A stretch of 64,000 bases of DNA from Microcystaceae cyanobacterium (GTDB taxonomy: Bacteria > Cyanobacteriota > Cyanobacteriia > Cyanobacteriales > Microcystaceae), in the NCBI GenBank assembly GCA_041746575.1, contig JBGTGT010000115.1, forward strand, positions 19,207 to 83,206, in the 5' to 3' direction. Shown in pieces: positions 42,724-53,733 of this stretch; position 1 is the stretch's first letter, and every line of letters starts with the position of its first letter. Both the position numbers and the translations under genes were made by a program. Under the pieces are notes generated by a model. That model ran no database searches. It was not told the origin of the DNA and worked only from the letters and a program-made list of their open reading frames with translations.

Positions 42724-43773
42724 ATGGTCTTAAACGATTTATCCTTATTCCGTCCTCGTTTAGCGTTAACTTTAGGTGATCCAGCAGGAATTGGCGCGGA
42801 AATCAGCTTAAAAGCCCTTTCCGACCCTGAAATCCGGCAAAAATACGATATTACTATTATCGGCGATCGCTCCCACCTCCACAAAACCTACCACCAGATT
42901 CCATCCGATAAAGGAGATTTAATTAATCCTGACACGATTTCTCTGCTAGATTTGGAGCTAAATACAGATATTACTCTCGGAAAAGGAGATGCACTTAGTG
43001 GTGAGGCGGCCTTTCTTGCCCTAGATACGGCGATCACTCAAACACTTCAGGGAAACTTTGATGCGATTGTGACTGCTCCGATTGCGAAATTCGCTTGGCA
43101 GGCGGCAGGTTATCATTACGCCGGACAGACAGAGATGTTAGCCGAACGGTCGAAAGTCAGTCGGTATGGTATGTTATTTGTGGGGCAATCGCCGTTTACG
43201 GGCTGGACGTTACGCACCCTTTTGGCGACAACCCATATTCCTTTATCTCAAATTTCGACGCAATTAACTCCGTCTTTAATGTCATTAAAATTGGAATTAT
43301 TAATTGAGTGTTTGCAACAGGATTTCGGCATTGATCAGCCTCATATTACGATAGCAGGATTAAACCCCCATAGCGGTGAAAAAGGACAGTTAGGGACAGA
43401 AGAAAGTGACTGGTTAAATGATTGGTTAATAGAACAAAAACAGCAATTTCCGGCTGTAAAATTGAGCGGCTTAATTCCGCCTGATACAATGTGGATAAAT
43501 CCGGGAAAGGCGTGGTTTTTTGAGCAGAAAAATATCAATGTTGCCGATGCTTATTTAGCATTATATCATGATCAAGGATTGATTCCCGTTAAATTAATGG
43601 CCTTTGACCAAGCAATTAACACCACCATTGGCTTGCCGTTTATTCGCACGTCTCCTGATCATGGCACGGCTTTTGATATTGCTGGGCAAGGAACTGCACG
43701 GTGTGATAGCTTAAAATCGGCTATTCATCTGGCCGCAGAATTAGCAACCCAAAGAATCAATCGCTTAAAATGA
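42724..43773 (+). CDS. pdxA: 4-hydroxythreonine-4-phosphate dehydrogenase
   Basis: [50 protein letters not shown] 42724 preferred. Confidence 0.96.
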   Translation: MVLNDLSLFRPRLALTLGDPAGIGAEISLKALSDPEIRQKYDITIIGDRSHLHKTYHQIPSDKGDLINPDTISLLDLELNTDITLGKGDALSGEAAFLALDTAITQTLQGNFDAIVTAPIAKFAWQAAGYHYAGQTEMLAERSKVSRYGMLFVGQSPFTGWTLRTLLATTHIPLSQISTQLTPSLMSLKLELLIECLQQDFGIDQPHITIAGLNPHSGEKGQLGTEESDWLNDWLIEQKQQFPAVKLSGLIPPDTMWINPGKAWFFEQKNINVADAYLALYHDQGLIPVKLMAFDQAINTTIGLPFIRTSPDHGTAFDIAGQGTARCDSLKSAIHLAAELATQRINRLK

Positions 43774-43784
43774 ATCCAAATAGT

Positions 43785-44198
43785 TTAAAGATATTCAATC
43801 GCAATCAGTCGCGCGGCTTCATAATCTTCCCAAGTATAAGAAACCACCAGAATTCCAATGAGATGAGGTGCGCCATAAAATCCTAATTCTCCCCCCTGTT
43901 GAAAATATTGTTGCCCTGCTTGTAAATCCATTTCATTGGCATAACAAAGGGCAATTTGTTTCCATGCCGTTCCTAAATTTCCGATTTCGTTACGGTGATA
44001 GTAAGTTTGATTAGAATTAGCCGTATCACAGATCACTTGATTGACAGATTGTATCTGAGTCACAGCTTGGGCGATAGTCGAGTTACTCTCCATCGCATCT
44101 TTTAAGGAATGATCGGCTTGGGCAGGTTTTATACCCATTAAAAAAGCGATGATCAGTCCAGTACTAAAGTAAAATAATCGATTAATTTGTTTTATCAT
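43785..44198 (-). CDS. hypothetical secreted protein
   Basis: Signal peptide ending PAQA; two Cys in the mature region. Confidence 0.7.
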   Translation of the reverse strand: MIKQINRLFYFSTGLIIAFLMGIKPAQADHSLKDAMESNSTIAQAVTQIQSVNQVICDTANSNQTYYHRNEIGNLGTAWKQIALCYANEMDLQAGQQYFQQGGELGFYGAPHLIGILVVSYTWEDYEAARLIAIEYL

Positions 44199-44363
44199 GG
44201 CTAAAATTTAATAATAGCGAAGGAAATAGATAAACTGTCATGATGTGTCGAATGGATAATTAATAAAAGGCAGGAGAAAATCTAAAATCGGTCGCTTGAT
44301 TGTATGATTGTACGACAGCTTAAGGATTCTACAGCAAATTGCGAGTTAATATCATACACCTTT

Positions 44364-44386
44364 GGGCGCAAACCTTGCCCTTCTAG
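44364..44386. repeat. degenerate REP-like palindrome
   Basis: gggcgcaaaccttgccc; related to copies at 10127, 53624 and 61090. Confidence 0.5.
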
Positions 44387-44454
44387 TAATTTTTTTTTTC
44401 TTCTCTGGCTTTAATGAGATATCTCCGAACTTTTTGCATCAGTCCATTGCCCAA

Positions 44455-45360
44455 TTAAATCACAACTTTAGGAATTAATAAAATTTGATTATTTTTGTCA
44501 ATAATCTGTCCTATTCCCAAGAAGTCGGATTGATATAATACTTTAACGGTAAAAGGTAACGTTTTATTTGAGATATCATACTCAAGTAACTCCAAGGGAA
44601 TTTGTTGACCATTTGCCCAACGTTTGCCTGTATTTTTGCCAACGGTGATCGTTTCTATTTGGGCTAAAATTATCTCTGGAGGGAGAAAGATAAAGGTCTG
44701 ATTTCGTATTTGTTCTTCAATATCAACTAAGCTTAAACTATTACTTAAATTCATTCCTCCGCTTTCTGTCCGTTCTAAAAAAGCCAAGGTTCCCCCCACA
44801 TTTAAAGACTGTCCTAAATCTCTAGCAATAGAACGGATATAAGTCCCTGCCCGACAAAAAATCATCACTTCTAATTCAGGAAAATCTCCAGCATTCCAGC
44901 TTACAATCTCAATCTGACGAACGTCAACGGTTCGAGCAGGAATATTAATCAGTTCTCCTTTTCTGGCTAATTCATAAAGCCGTTTTCCATCTTGTTGAAT
45001 TGCGCTATAAGCAGGAGGAATTTGTTGAATTGTGCCAATAAATTGATTCAAATGAGGTTTGACGTCGGTTAATTGAAGATGGGGGCAAGCTTGTGATTTA
45101 AGGGGTTCTCCTTCTAAGTCATCCGTGGTCGTTTGTATGCCGAAGCGAATCTTTGCTCGGTAACCTTTTTGATCCGGTAAAAAGGCAAGCAGACGAGTGG
45201 TTTTACCCACCGCGATCGGTAAAACCCCCTGCGCTAATGGATCTAACGTGCCACCGTGACCGACTCGTTTAATCTTTAATAATTGACGAACTTTTGCGAC
45301 ACAATCATGAGAGGTTATTCCCAACGGTTTATTAACATTAAGAAAGCCAAACATAGACAT
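44455..45360 (-). CDS. truB: tRNA pseudouridine(55) synthase
   Basis: KPLGITSHD, VGHGGTLDPLAQGVL, PPAYSAI, GTYIRSIARDLG. Confidence 0.96.
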   Translation of the reverse strand: MSMFGFLNVNKPLGITSHDCVAKVRQLLKIKRVGHGGTLDPLAQGVLPIAVGKTTRLLAFLPDQKGYRAKIRFGIQTTTDDLEGEPLKSQACPHLQLTDVKPHLNQFIGTIQQIPPAYSAIQQDGKRLYELARKGELINIPARTVDVRQIEIVSWNAGDFPELEVMIFCRAGTYIRSIARDLGQSLNVGGTLAFLERTESGGMNLSNSLSLVDIEEQIRNQTFIFLPPEIILAQIETITVGKNTGKRWANGQQIPLELLEYDISNKTLPFTVKVLYQSDFLGIGQIIDKNNQILLIPKVVI

Positions 45361-45363
45361 TTT

Positions 45364-45391
45364 CAGTAAACAGTAATCAATAACCGATAAT
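45364..45391. repeat. heptamer tandem repeat (STRR-like)
   Basis: cagtaaa cagtaat caataac cgataat. Confidence 0.4.
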
Positions 45392-45459
45392 TAGGAGACA
45401 GTCAACCGTAATAAGTTACCCATTATGCTGACGCTCGTCTCCTAACTCATTAATTAAGC

Positions 45460-48171
45460 TTAAACGGTATAAGCGATCCCCGCTAAGGCATAACCCGTAT
45501 TGGGCAACGCACTTAAGCGAAGCTGAGTGACTCCTGCTACTGACAAATTAAACGAATAGGTTTTATCTTTGCCAAAATTCAACTCATCTGCGTCAAGGGC
45601 TGGGACTTGATTCCCCTCTGCTGTCGTCAACACGCCTCGATGGATGAGACTGCTATTTGTGCCAAACGCTTGCCAACGCACTCGTTCCTCTGGACTATCT
45701 AACAAAGTTAATGTTAGGGTAATATCTCGCACAAAGTCAGGAAATTTGAGGATTAGCGTTTCTGTGCCGCCTTCATCGGCCATATAGTTGATGGCATTAT
45801 CTAAGTCGGCTTTGTTATAGTTCCCCTTTGCATAGGTATAGCTTTTAACACCGATCAGATCGTGGCTGGATTTGACAATCCCCCGTTGTCCATTGGCGGC
45901 AATGCCACTGATTTGAATATCGCCCCAAAAGATCTGATCTTGAGGGGTAACCCAAGTTTCGGTATTAATATTATACTGAATACCTTCGTTGGATAATGTC
46001 CCTTCTGTATCTGTAATAGGCGTTTCATAGCGATCATCATTAGGACTCCGATAGTCCATGGCGTGCAAAATGACTCGCTTTCCACTTCCTGACGGAGGAG
46101 GAGGAGCAGTATCATTGTCAAGAATCGTTCCTATCGCTTTGCCATCTGCGAAGGTTGCCCCTACAGCGTTCCACAGGTTTACATTAAAGACTTGATTTCC
46201 TTCAAATTCTGTATCTTCTAGGATAGGAACGGCTATTTTTTGCGTGTTTTGCCCCGGTAAAAATGTTAGGATGCCGTTTACTGCCTTATAGTCACTGCCC
46301 GATGTTGCTGTGCCATTTGTCGTGCCATACTGGACAGTAATAGGTAGATTACTGGCTTGAGAGAGACGAACCGTAAAGTTAGCGACGGTTGCGCCTTCAT
46401 TGACGCTGACGTCCTCAATTGCCAAGGTTGGAAGTTTAAGAAGAGGCTCAGGTTGGTTTTCAAGGTCATCAGTAACGCTTAAATTCAAATTGGTGACGCC
46501 TAACACGCTCCCACTGCTATTTGCGCCGCTATAGGCAGTTACCGTAATCGCATAGTTGCCTTTACTTAAAGTCTTACCAAAATAGTCGCCTTGTCCATTG
46601 TCACCAAATAACGCATAAGGAGCAACGTTTTCCGTGCGGCTACCGAGGCTTGACTCAAATTTAACGCTTTTGACCACTTCCCCATCGGGATGATCGGGGT
46701 TAACTTGAGCAAGCAGGTTATAATTCGTAAAATTGAAGTCATTGAGATTAATCGTCGGATTGAGGCTTAAGTTTTTGAAACCCGATACAAGGCTATCTGT
46801 TTCTGCATTAACCAAACTGAAGCTGAGTAGGGGGGAATTATTAGAAGATAAGGAATCGGAAGAAGGAGGATTCGCCGCAAAGAAGGCTTGAGCATCGAGA
46901 GGATCACTCGTTTCGTTTCCTGTCAGCGCATAAAAGTGCATGCCGGCATCTGAGGGATCATTGACCTTTCCTCCTCCTGCATTCATCATCGTGGTACGGG
47001 CTTCTTGGAGAATCGGATCGCTTGTTTCATCCAACCAAGTCCAAAGCGAGCTATTAAAGCCTAAATCCCCTTTGCCATCGAGACCATTTTGGTCACTAAT
47101 TTTGATCAAAGTGACTTCAGGAAAATCACGGCTAATATCAGCCCAAGTTCGGGCGACTTTTACCCCCGGTACAGTAATAACATTGCGGTTTTCATTCCAG
47201 CGACCATGGGAAACTAAGGTAATATTACTGCGATTTTGGGGACTCACCTGCGTTAAAGCCCGATAAATCGCTTCCATCGGCCCTCCTTCGAGGGAGAGGA
47301 TTTTTTGACCAGAATTAAGAATGTCAACCAGTGCATTAGTGGCTTGTTTGCTTCCGTCCTTATAATCATAGGTTTTAATCCCTAATTCTTGGGCAAACGC
47401 CGCACTATTTCGCATTCCTGCTACCATCGAGTCTACAGAGATTTCAGCCAGATTATTGTTGTAGAAAAAGGTCGAACGATCTTGAAATTGACTGGCATTC
47501 GTCAGTAAGGCGGCGATAGGAAGTGCCGCAATATCATCGTGATCATTCACATTGCCATCGAAATGAGACACAATATGATCAAACTGACCCATAAAGGAAT
47601 TTTTTAAAGAATGGCGATCAGCTAATACTTTTTGGGGTTTGGATAACGACAGCAATTGATCTGAAAAGTCCGGAGATAAAACAAACCTCATCTCAAGATT
47701 GAGGCTATCTATTATCTCACGCTTCCCCTTTTGCCCATTGTGAGCGATCGCTTCGAGGCTAAATGTTCCTTCTGTCGGGTCTTTTCCTTTAAAATCGCCT
47801 TTGAAATCGCCAAACAAGGCATAAGGCGCAATTGTTTCAGTTGAAATCCCCCAAGGAGATTTAAAGGTAACGCTATCCACCTCACTCGCTTGAGGATGAT
47901 CGGGGTTAATGATGCCAACGATACTGTATTGAAAATCAACACCAGAAAGGTCAATGATGCTATTTGCGCTTAAGTCTTCATAGCCGTCCACGATTTGATC
48001 GGTTTCAGCGTTGACTAAGGCAAGTTTTAACAAGTCAACTGTGCTTTGATCGATAAAAGTAGCACTTTCTTGGCCAGTATAAGTAACGGGCGTCGATGCT
48101 AAATCTTTTTCGACTGAGACAGAAGAAGGAAAAGGAACAACGGAGCCGAGGTTAGAGAATTCAAGCATCAT
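45460..48171 (-). CDS. large modular extracellular-type protein: duplicated beta domain, putative hydrolase domain, Calx-beta domain
   Basis: Two copies of L..LVNAETD...E..APYALFGD; central FDGNVNDHDDIAA; Calx-beta LAIEDVSVNEG...YGTTNGTATSGSDY...GTILDND. Start uncertain (48171 or 48192). Confidence 0.8.
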   Translation of the reverse strand: MMLEFSNLGSVVPFPSSVSVEKDLASTPVTYTGQESATFIDQSTVDLLKLALVNAETDQIVDGYEDLSANSIIDLSGVDFQYSIVGIINPDHPQASEVDSVTFKSPWGISTETIAPYALFGDFKGDFKGKDPTEGTFSLEAIAHNGQKGKREIIDSLNLEMRFVLSPDFSDQLLSLSKPQKVLADRHSLKNSFMGQFDHIVSHFDGNVNDHDDIAALPIAALLTNASQFQDRSTFFYNNNLAEISVDSMVAGMRNSAAFAQELGIKTYDYKDGSKQATNALVDILNSGQKILSLEGGPMEAIYRALTQVSPQNRSNITLVSHGRWNENRNVITVPGVKVARTWADISRDFPEVTLIKISDQNGLDGKGDLGFNSSLWTWLDETSDPILQEARTTMMNAGGGKVNDPSDAGMHFYALTGNETSDPLDAQAFFAANPPSSDSLSSNNSPLLSFSLVNAETDSLVSGFKNLSLNPTINLNDFNFTNYNLLAQVNPDHPDGEVVKSVKFESSLGSRTENVAPYALFGDNGQGDYFGKTLSKGNYAITVTAYSGANSSGSVLGVTNLNLSVTDDLENQPEPLLKLPTLAIEDVSVNEGATVANFTVRLSQASNLPITVQYGTTNGTATSGSDYKAVNGILTFLPGQNTQKIAVPILEDTEFEGNQVFNVNLWNAVGATFADGKAIGTILDNDTAPPPPSGSGKRVILHAMDYRSPNDDRYETPITDTEGTLSNEGIQYNINTETWVTPQDQIFWGDIQISGIAANGQRGIVKSSHDLIGVKSYTYAKGNYNKADLDNAINYMADEGGTETLILKFPDFVRDITLTLTLLDSPEERVRWQAFGTNSSLIHRGVLTTAEGNQVPALDADELNFGKDKTYSFNLSVAGVTQLRLSALPNTGYALAGIAYTV

Positions 48172-48455
48172 AGGACTGAGAAAAAAATTCAAATTTCTTT
48201 AACTAAGGGTCAGTAGGCACAGGAGTAATGTAACCCAAAAGAGTGAAATTGTGGAAAGTTACCGAAAAAATGCCCAATAAAACTCGTCAATATCTTTCGA
48301 TCGCAGTCGCTTCAGAGGTTTTGACTTTTTACAACTTGCCTTCAGTCTTATTTTTCAAAGTGATAGGCATAAATAATGGTTGAGACGACCCTTTTGGGGT
48401 TTGAGCATTGACTTAAAATGAAGGGATAAAACCTGTAAGAGCAACTGCAATGAAG

Positions 48456-49621
48456 ATGGCATCCACAAGCTACATGGAGCGTGATGTACGGATTGTTTCC
48501 CCAAATACCAAATACTCCCTTGTCGCAAGCGATCGCTGTAATGAGTGCCGGCAATACTCCGTCTGAGTCTAATCTTCCCTTCAAAAAAAGGTAGTTGTTT
48601 GTTGGTTGCAGAAAATCGGCGATTAGTGTGATTATTAACTGAAAGAGAGATTGTTAAGCTCACTGCACAAGAATTGGACTTAGAACAGCGTACCATCTCA
48701 GAATTTATGGCAAAACAGTTAATAATCTGCCAATTCTCAGAAATCAATCATATTTACGATATTATTCGGCTTTTGGCTTACTATCAAATTCGTCATCTTC
48801 TTGTGGTGGAGAAGATTACCACATTCAGGGATTAATCAGAAAAACGTTGTTAGTATCGTTGATTTGCCCCTTAGAAATCCCAAATTATTTAAGCAGATAA
48901 TGATCCCAATCAGTTTGAAACGGCAAAGATTCTGGGGGTTGATGATATTGATTTTAACCGTCAATTAATTGCTGGGTATTTTGCAGAAACTGAACATCAT
49001 TTATATTTTGCTGAAGATGGAAATGAAGCCTTAAAGCAAGTAAACAAATACCATCCAGACCTTATTTTACTAAATTTAAAAATGCCTAACCTAGACGGAC
49101 GAAAAACAAGTTATCTTTTGCAGCAGAATCCCGATACGCAAACGATTCCTATTATTATTTTAACTGCTTCTTCTGATGTACGAGAACGAAAAGAATTAGA
49201 ATCCATTGTTCACGCCATTTTACAAAAACCGCTTCATCGTTCTCAATTAGTATTAACCCTCAAATCGAGTCTAAAGCCTAAAATTGAACAGAAGCCTCAA
49301 TTAATTGAACCCGATCTTAATCTCTTAAAGACCTCAGAAAAAAGCTCTCCTGTTAGCCCCAAATCACCTGAATTGATACGGCATATTCAACAAGAAATTG
49401 AGCGTACTTTTCCTTTACTTCAACAAAAAATGACTATCAGCGATTTAGCTCAGTTTGTGAAACGTTTGCGTAACCTAGGTACTGATTATCAATATAATAT
49501 ACTCTTAAATTACGTCAATACATTGCAGGAACAACTAGATAATTTTGATTGGAATAGTATTCCTAAGACGGTTGAACATTTTCCTCAGATTTGTCAAAAT
49601 AGTAAAAAAGACAAGTGTTGA
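48456..49621 (+). pseudogene. decayed CBS-domain hybrid sensor: CBS pair joined to a receiver domain
   Basis: Across a 7-bp duplication (48501-48514), an A7 frameshift (48583-48589) and TGA (48629) it reads VSPNTPLSQAIAVM...SCLLVAENRRLV*LLTEREIVKL...QIRHLLVV (CBS). Then KILGVDDIDFNRQLI...PDLILLNLKMPNLDG...IPIIILTAS...LQKP (REC). Confidence 0.8.
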
Positions 49622-49686
49622 ATTGACATTAAGTCTCTCAACTGTTTGCTTGCCTGTTTTGAGGGTTAACTTGGCGTTAGACGGAC

Positions 49687-50979
49687 TTATTTAGTCGCTC
49701 TTGGATTTTCGCCACCATTTTGTTTAGCAATTTCCTGTTTTAAGGCTTCAAATGCTTTAGAAAATTGAGGATCGCCAAATGTGCCAATTTTGTTACGCTC
49801 CTGCTGTAAGGCTTTACGATCATCTTCAGAGAGTTCAATGACGATATCCGGATCAATCCCATGTTTGTTGATATCTCGTCCATCGGGGGTTAAATATTTA
49901 GCAATGGTTACTGCTAATCCCGAACCGTCTCCTAAGGGTCGCACTGATTGTACTAATCCTTTGCCAAAGGTCTTTGTACCGACCAATACCGCCCGTTTGT
50001 TATCTTGGAGCGCGCCAGACAGAATTTCACTCGCACTAGCAGAACCCCCATCGATTAAAACAACAAGGGGTTTATTGGTTAACGCTCGATTGTTAGCTCG
50101 ATATATTTCATCTGAACCCACGCGGTTTACCGTCGAGACGATACGACCGTCATTGATCCACATTCGGGCAATATCAATGCTGGAATAAAGTAACCCCCCC
50201 GGATTAGAGCGCAAATCAAGGATATAGCCCTTCACATTTTTGGGCTCAATTTCATTGAGAGCATCCCGCATTTCTTCGCTAGCTTGAGCGCTGAATTGGG
50301 TGAGACGAATGTAGCCAATGTCACCCGCTGGGGTGGATTCCACCCGCGCTTTCACAGGATGAAGTTCAATACGTTCTCGCTTGAGAGGATAGTCAATTTG
50401 CTCTTTGCCGCGTAATACCGTCAATGTCACCGTTGAACCCGGTTCTCCTCGAATGAGCTTCACGGCATCTTCAACTTCCATGCCTTTGGTGTCTTTTCCG
50501 TCAATTTTGACAATGACATCCTTGGCTAAGACCCCTGCCTTAAAGGCGGGTGTATCTTCAATGGGAGAAACCACCACAATGTGATCTTGATTTTCATCTT
50601 TGGTAATTTGAATACCAACCCCTGTCAGTTCGCCGGAGGTATCAATTTGCATATTTTTGAATTCTTCCGGATCCATAAAGCGAGTGTAGGGATCTTCTAG
50701 CTTTTTGAGCATCTCCCGAACGGCTTCGTAAGCGGCCGTTTTATCTTTGTAGGAACGTTCTAGATATTCCGTACGAACAGCGCGCCAATCCACTTGATTG
50801 AACGTTCCATCTACATAGGTTCGGTTGATGATTTGCCAGACTTCGTCCACCAATTCTTTCGGATTATCCTGAAAAAAGGCCTGACTTTGAGAACGAAGAT
50901 TAGCACCGATGGTAACAGCAACTGTGGTAAGAGCAACGGCAGTAGCACCTAGAACAAGACCGCTTTTATTAATAGCCAT
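49687..50979 (-). CDS. carboxyl-terminal processing protease (S41, CtpB-like)
   Basis: DPYTRF, PDZ motif GVGIQI, LDLRSNPGG, SASASEI, TFGKGLVQ. Confidence 0.95.
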   Translation of the reverse strand: MAINKSGLVLGATAVALTTVAVTIGANLRSQSQAFFQDNPKELVDEVWQIINRTYVDGTFNQVDWRAVRTEYLERSYKDKTAAYEAVREMLKKLEDPYTRFMDPEEFKNMQIDTSGELTGVGIQITKDENQDHIVVVSPIEDTPAFKAGVLAKDVIVKIDGKDTKGMEVEDAVKLIRGEPGSTVTLTVLRGKEQIDYPLKRERIELHPVKARVESTPAGDIGYIRLTQFSAQASEEMRDALNEIEPKNVKGYILDLRSNPGGLLYSSIDIARMWINDGRIVSTVNRVGSDEIYRANNRALTNKPLVVLIDGGSASASEILSGALQDNKRAVLVGTKTFGKGLVQSVRPLGDGSGLAVTIAKYLTPDGRDINKHGIDPDIVIELSEDDRKALQQERNKIGTFGDPQFSKAFEALKQEIAKQNGGENPRATK

Positions 50980-51236
50980 AAATTCTGATAAATAGCGTCG
51001 TAAAACTGCTTTAATCTAAAGGTATCGAAAATTTTCCTAGGCAGGAAAAATCCCTGAGGGATTATTTAATCATAATAGAACATTAACACAGGAACTTGTA
51101 GACAAAAAATGGATTCCCTAAAGCCATTAGCCGAACCTGAGTTAACATGGATTGTTCTGACGTCAGATTCACCTAAAAGCCCCGATCTGATTATAACACT
51201 CCTTTTTGTTCCTTTACTTTACATCGATTAAAACTT

Positions 51237-52046
51237 ATGATAACGGATACAATGACTCTCCATCACACTCGCAGACAAGCCTTGCGCCATAAACGACGCT
51301 GGAAAATGGGACAAGGCCTTTGGCGGTTAACACTCTTAATGGGTTTATCTGGGGGGTTAGGCTGGGCGTTGAGTCACCCCTACTGGTTGATTCGGGATCG
51401 TTCACAAATTGAGATTGAGGGCAATCATTTTGTCTCTGATGGCAAAATTGAACAAATGCTGGCGATTTCTTACCCAAAAGCCCTGTGGAGCTTTCCCAGT
51501 CAAGGAGTACAGCGACAATTACAAGAAAAACCGCCCATTGCGACGGCACACCTAAAGCGATCGCTGTTTCCGCCTCAAATTACGGTGGACATTCAAGAAA
51601 GAGAACCGGTGGCAGTAGCAACGATGGCGGGCAAAAAAGGGTTTATCGATGAAAAAGGGGTCTTCATTGAAGCATCTTTCTACGATCTGTCCCCTCAAAA
51701 TCTCAAAATTTCCCTCAACGTTTTAGATTATCAGCCTCGCTATGCAGCAGTCTGGCAAACCCTTTACCCTCTTCTGCAACAGTCTCCGGTTAAAATTCAA
51801 ACCGTGGATTGGCGGCATCCCAATAATCTCATTCTCCAGACGGCATTAGGGAAAGTTTATCTTGGCTCAAATTATCGGAATTTCGCTGAAAAACTACAAG
51901 TTTTGTCACAAATAACCGCTTTATCTAGTAAAATTTCCCCAGAGAGATTAATTTATATTGATCTCAGCCAACCGCATCAACCGACGGTTCAACTCAAACA
52001 TGAACCTGAAAAAAAGCCGCTGGCGGATATTGTTAAGAAACCTTGA
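51237..52046 (+). CDS. ftsQ: cell division protein FtsQ/DivIB
   Basis: Basic N-terminus, TM helix, POTRA motifs IEIEGN and LFPPQITVDIQEREPVA, YIDL; directly upstream of ftsZ. Confidence 0.88.
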   Translation: MITDTMTLHHTRRQALRHKRRWKMGQGLWRLTLLMGLSGGLGWALSHPYWLIRDRSQIEIEGNHFVSDGKIEQMLAISYPKALWSFPSQGVQRQLQEKPPIATAHLKRSLFPPQITVDIQEREPVAVATMAGKKGFIDEKGVFIEASFYDLSPQNLKISLNVLDYQPRYAAVWQTLYPLLQQSPVKIQTVDWRHPNNLILQTALGKVYLGSNYRNFAEKLQVLSQITALSSKISPERLIYIDLSQPHQPTVQLKHEPEKKPLADIVKKP

Positions 52047-52300
52047 CAAAAAGAGGAGATTAAGGAATGATTGCCAACCTTCCAATTGACAAACGGAATT
52101 TATGTCTCTAGTCTTAATCTTAAAAGAAAATCTAAAATCTTAAAGATAAAAATTCCACCTTCTGGGATGATTGCAAAATCAGCAACTTTAAATTTCTTTT
52201 TAAAATTGAGCGTCCCATCGGGACATGATGATGATAATGTAAATATTTATTATCTTTGTGGGTATCCCCAATTTCTGAAACCGTGCATTAACCCTTCCCA

Positions 52301-53560
52301 ATGACAATGACACTTGATAATGATCTCAATTTAGACTATCCCAGCTTAAACAGTGACGAAGCCACTGATTCAACAGTGCCTATTGGTTACTATCATAATA
52401 ACAATGACGGCTCTGCTTTTACAGACCCTAATCATCACCCAGAGTTACCTGGGGAAAATGCGAGGAGAAACCCAATCGTGCCAAGTAGTGTTGCGCAAAT
52501 TAAAGTCATTGGTGTCGGGGGAGGCGGTTGCAATGCCGTCAACCGTATGGTTAGTAGCAACTTAACGGGAATTGAATTTTGGGCGATCAATACCGATGCC
52601 CAAGCCCTAGCCCAAGCTGCTGCCCCCAATCGCCTACAAATCGGACAGAAACTCACCCGAGGTTTAGGGGCAGGGGGCAACCCTGCCATTGGACAAAAAG
52701 CGGCGGAAGAATCCCGCGACGAAATTGCTCAAGCTCTCGAAAATACCGATTTAGTCTTTATTACGGCTGGTATGGGTGGTGGAACAGGAACGGGAGCAGC
52801 CGCGATTGTGGCGGAAATCGCCAAGGAGATTGGTTGCCTAACCGTTGGCGTTGTCACTCGCCCTTTTTCATTTGAGGGAAAGCGACGAACCACGCAAGCC
52901 GAAGAAGGAATTAATAATCTCCAGAGCCGAGTGGACACCCTGATTGTTATCCCCAATAACAAACTGTTACAGGTTATTTCTCCAGAAATGCCTTTACAAG
53001 AAGCATTCCGAGTGGCTGATGATGTCCTCCGTCAAGGGGTACAAGGGATTTCCGATATCATCACGATTCCCGGTTTGGTCAATGTAGATTTTGCCGATGT
53101 ACGGGCAGTGATGGCCGATGCTGGTTCTGCCTTAATGGGAATTGGCAATGGCTCAGGCAAAAGTCGCGCCAAAGAAGGAGCAACGGCGGCGATCGCTTCT
53201 CCCCTGTTGGAACATTCGATCGAAGGAGCAAGAGGCGTTGTCTTCAATATTACAGGAGGCAGTGACCTAACCCTTCACGAGGTAAATGTGGCCGCTGAGA
53301 CCATCTATGAGGTGGTTGATCCCAATGCGAATATCATCTTTGGGGCAGTGATTGACGAGAAAATGCAAGGAGAAATGCGAATTACCGTTATTGCCACGGG
53401 TTTCAGTGCGGATACGCCCAGCATGGGTAAAGTGGGTACAACAGCTCCCCCCCGTTCTGCTACCCATCCTTCTCCCTCTGTGCCCGTTACCGAATCCCCG
53501 AAATCGACAGGACCGATTATTCCAGAGTTCTTACAGAAGCGTCGTTTTCCTAAGCAATGA
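52301..53560 (+). CDS. ftsZ: cell division protein FtsZ
   Basis: [28 protein letters not shown]-terminal IPEFLQKRR. Confidence 0.99.
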   Translation: MTMTLDNDLNLDYPSLNSDEATDSTVPIGYYHNNNDGSAFTDPNHHPELPGENARRNPIVPSSVAQIKVIGVGGGGCNAVNRMVSSNLTGIEFWAINTDAQALAQAAAPNRLQIGQKLTRGLGAGGNPAIGQKAAEESRDEIAQALENTDLVFITAGMGGGTGTGAAAIVAEIAKEIGCLTVGVVTRPFSFEGKRRTTQAEEGINNLQSRVDTLIVIPNNKLLQVISPEMPLQEAFRVADDVLRQGVQGISDIITIPGLVNVDFADVRAVMADAGSALMGIGNGSGKSRAKEGATAAIASPLLEHSIEGARGVVFNITGGSDLTLHEVNVAAETIYEVVDPNANIIFGAVIDEKMQGEMRITVIATGFSADTPSMGKVGTTAPPRSATHPSPSVPVTESPKSTGPIIPEFLQKRRFPKQ

Positions 53561-53623
53561 TTGTTGACCCAATCTGCTGGATTCTGACTTTAAAGCTGGC
53601 AATTGCTTAAGTTTACTCAACTT

Positions 53624-53646
53624 GGCGCAAATATACGCGCCCCTAC
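53624..53646 (-). repeat. GTAG-type REP-like palindrome
   Basis: Minus strand gtaggggcgcgtatatttgcgcc, between convergent ftsZ and cpcT. Confidence 0.65.
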
Positions 53647-53733
53647 ACTCAATTGTGTGCCTTATGGAGTGGCAAACCTTGTCCTGAATCTATCTCCTTT
53701 TGGGCGAGAACAGCCAAATTCCTAGGATTATAT

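Noticed and set aside
48348..48747. Minus-strand ORFs 48348-48584 and 48355-48747
   Set aside because: They are antisense shadows of the plus-strand CBS pseudogene.
52071..52304. 77-aa ORF between ftsQ and ftsZ
   Set aside because: TTG start and AT-rich promoter-like sequence; more likely the ftsZ upstream region.
51237..53560. Missing ftsA between ftsQ and ftsZ
   Set aside because: Normal for cyanobacteria.
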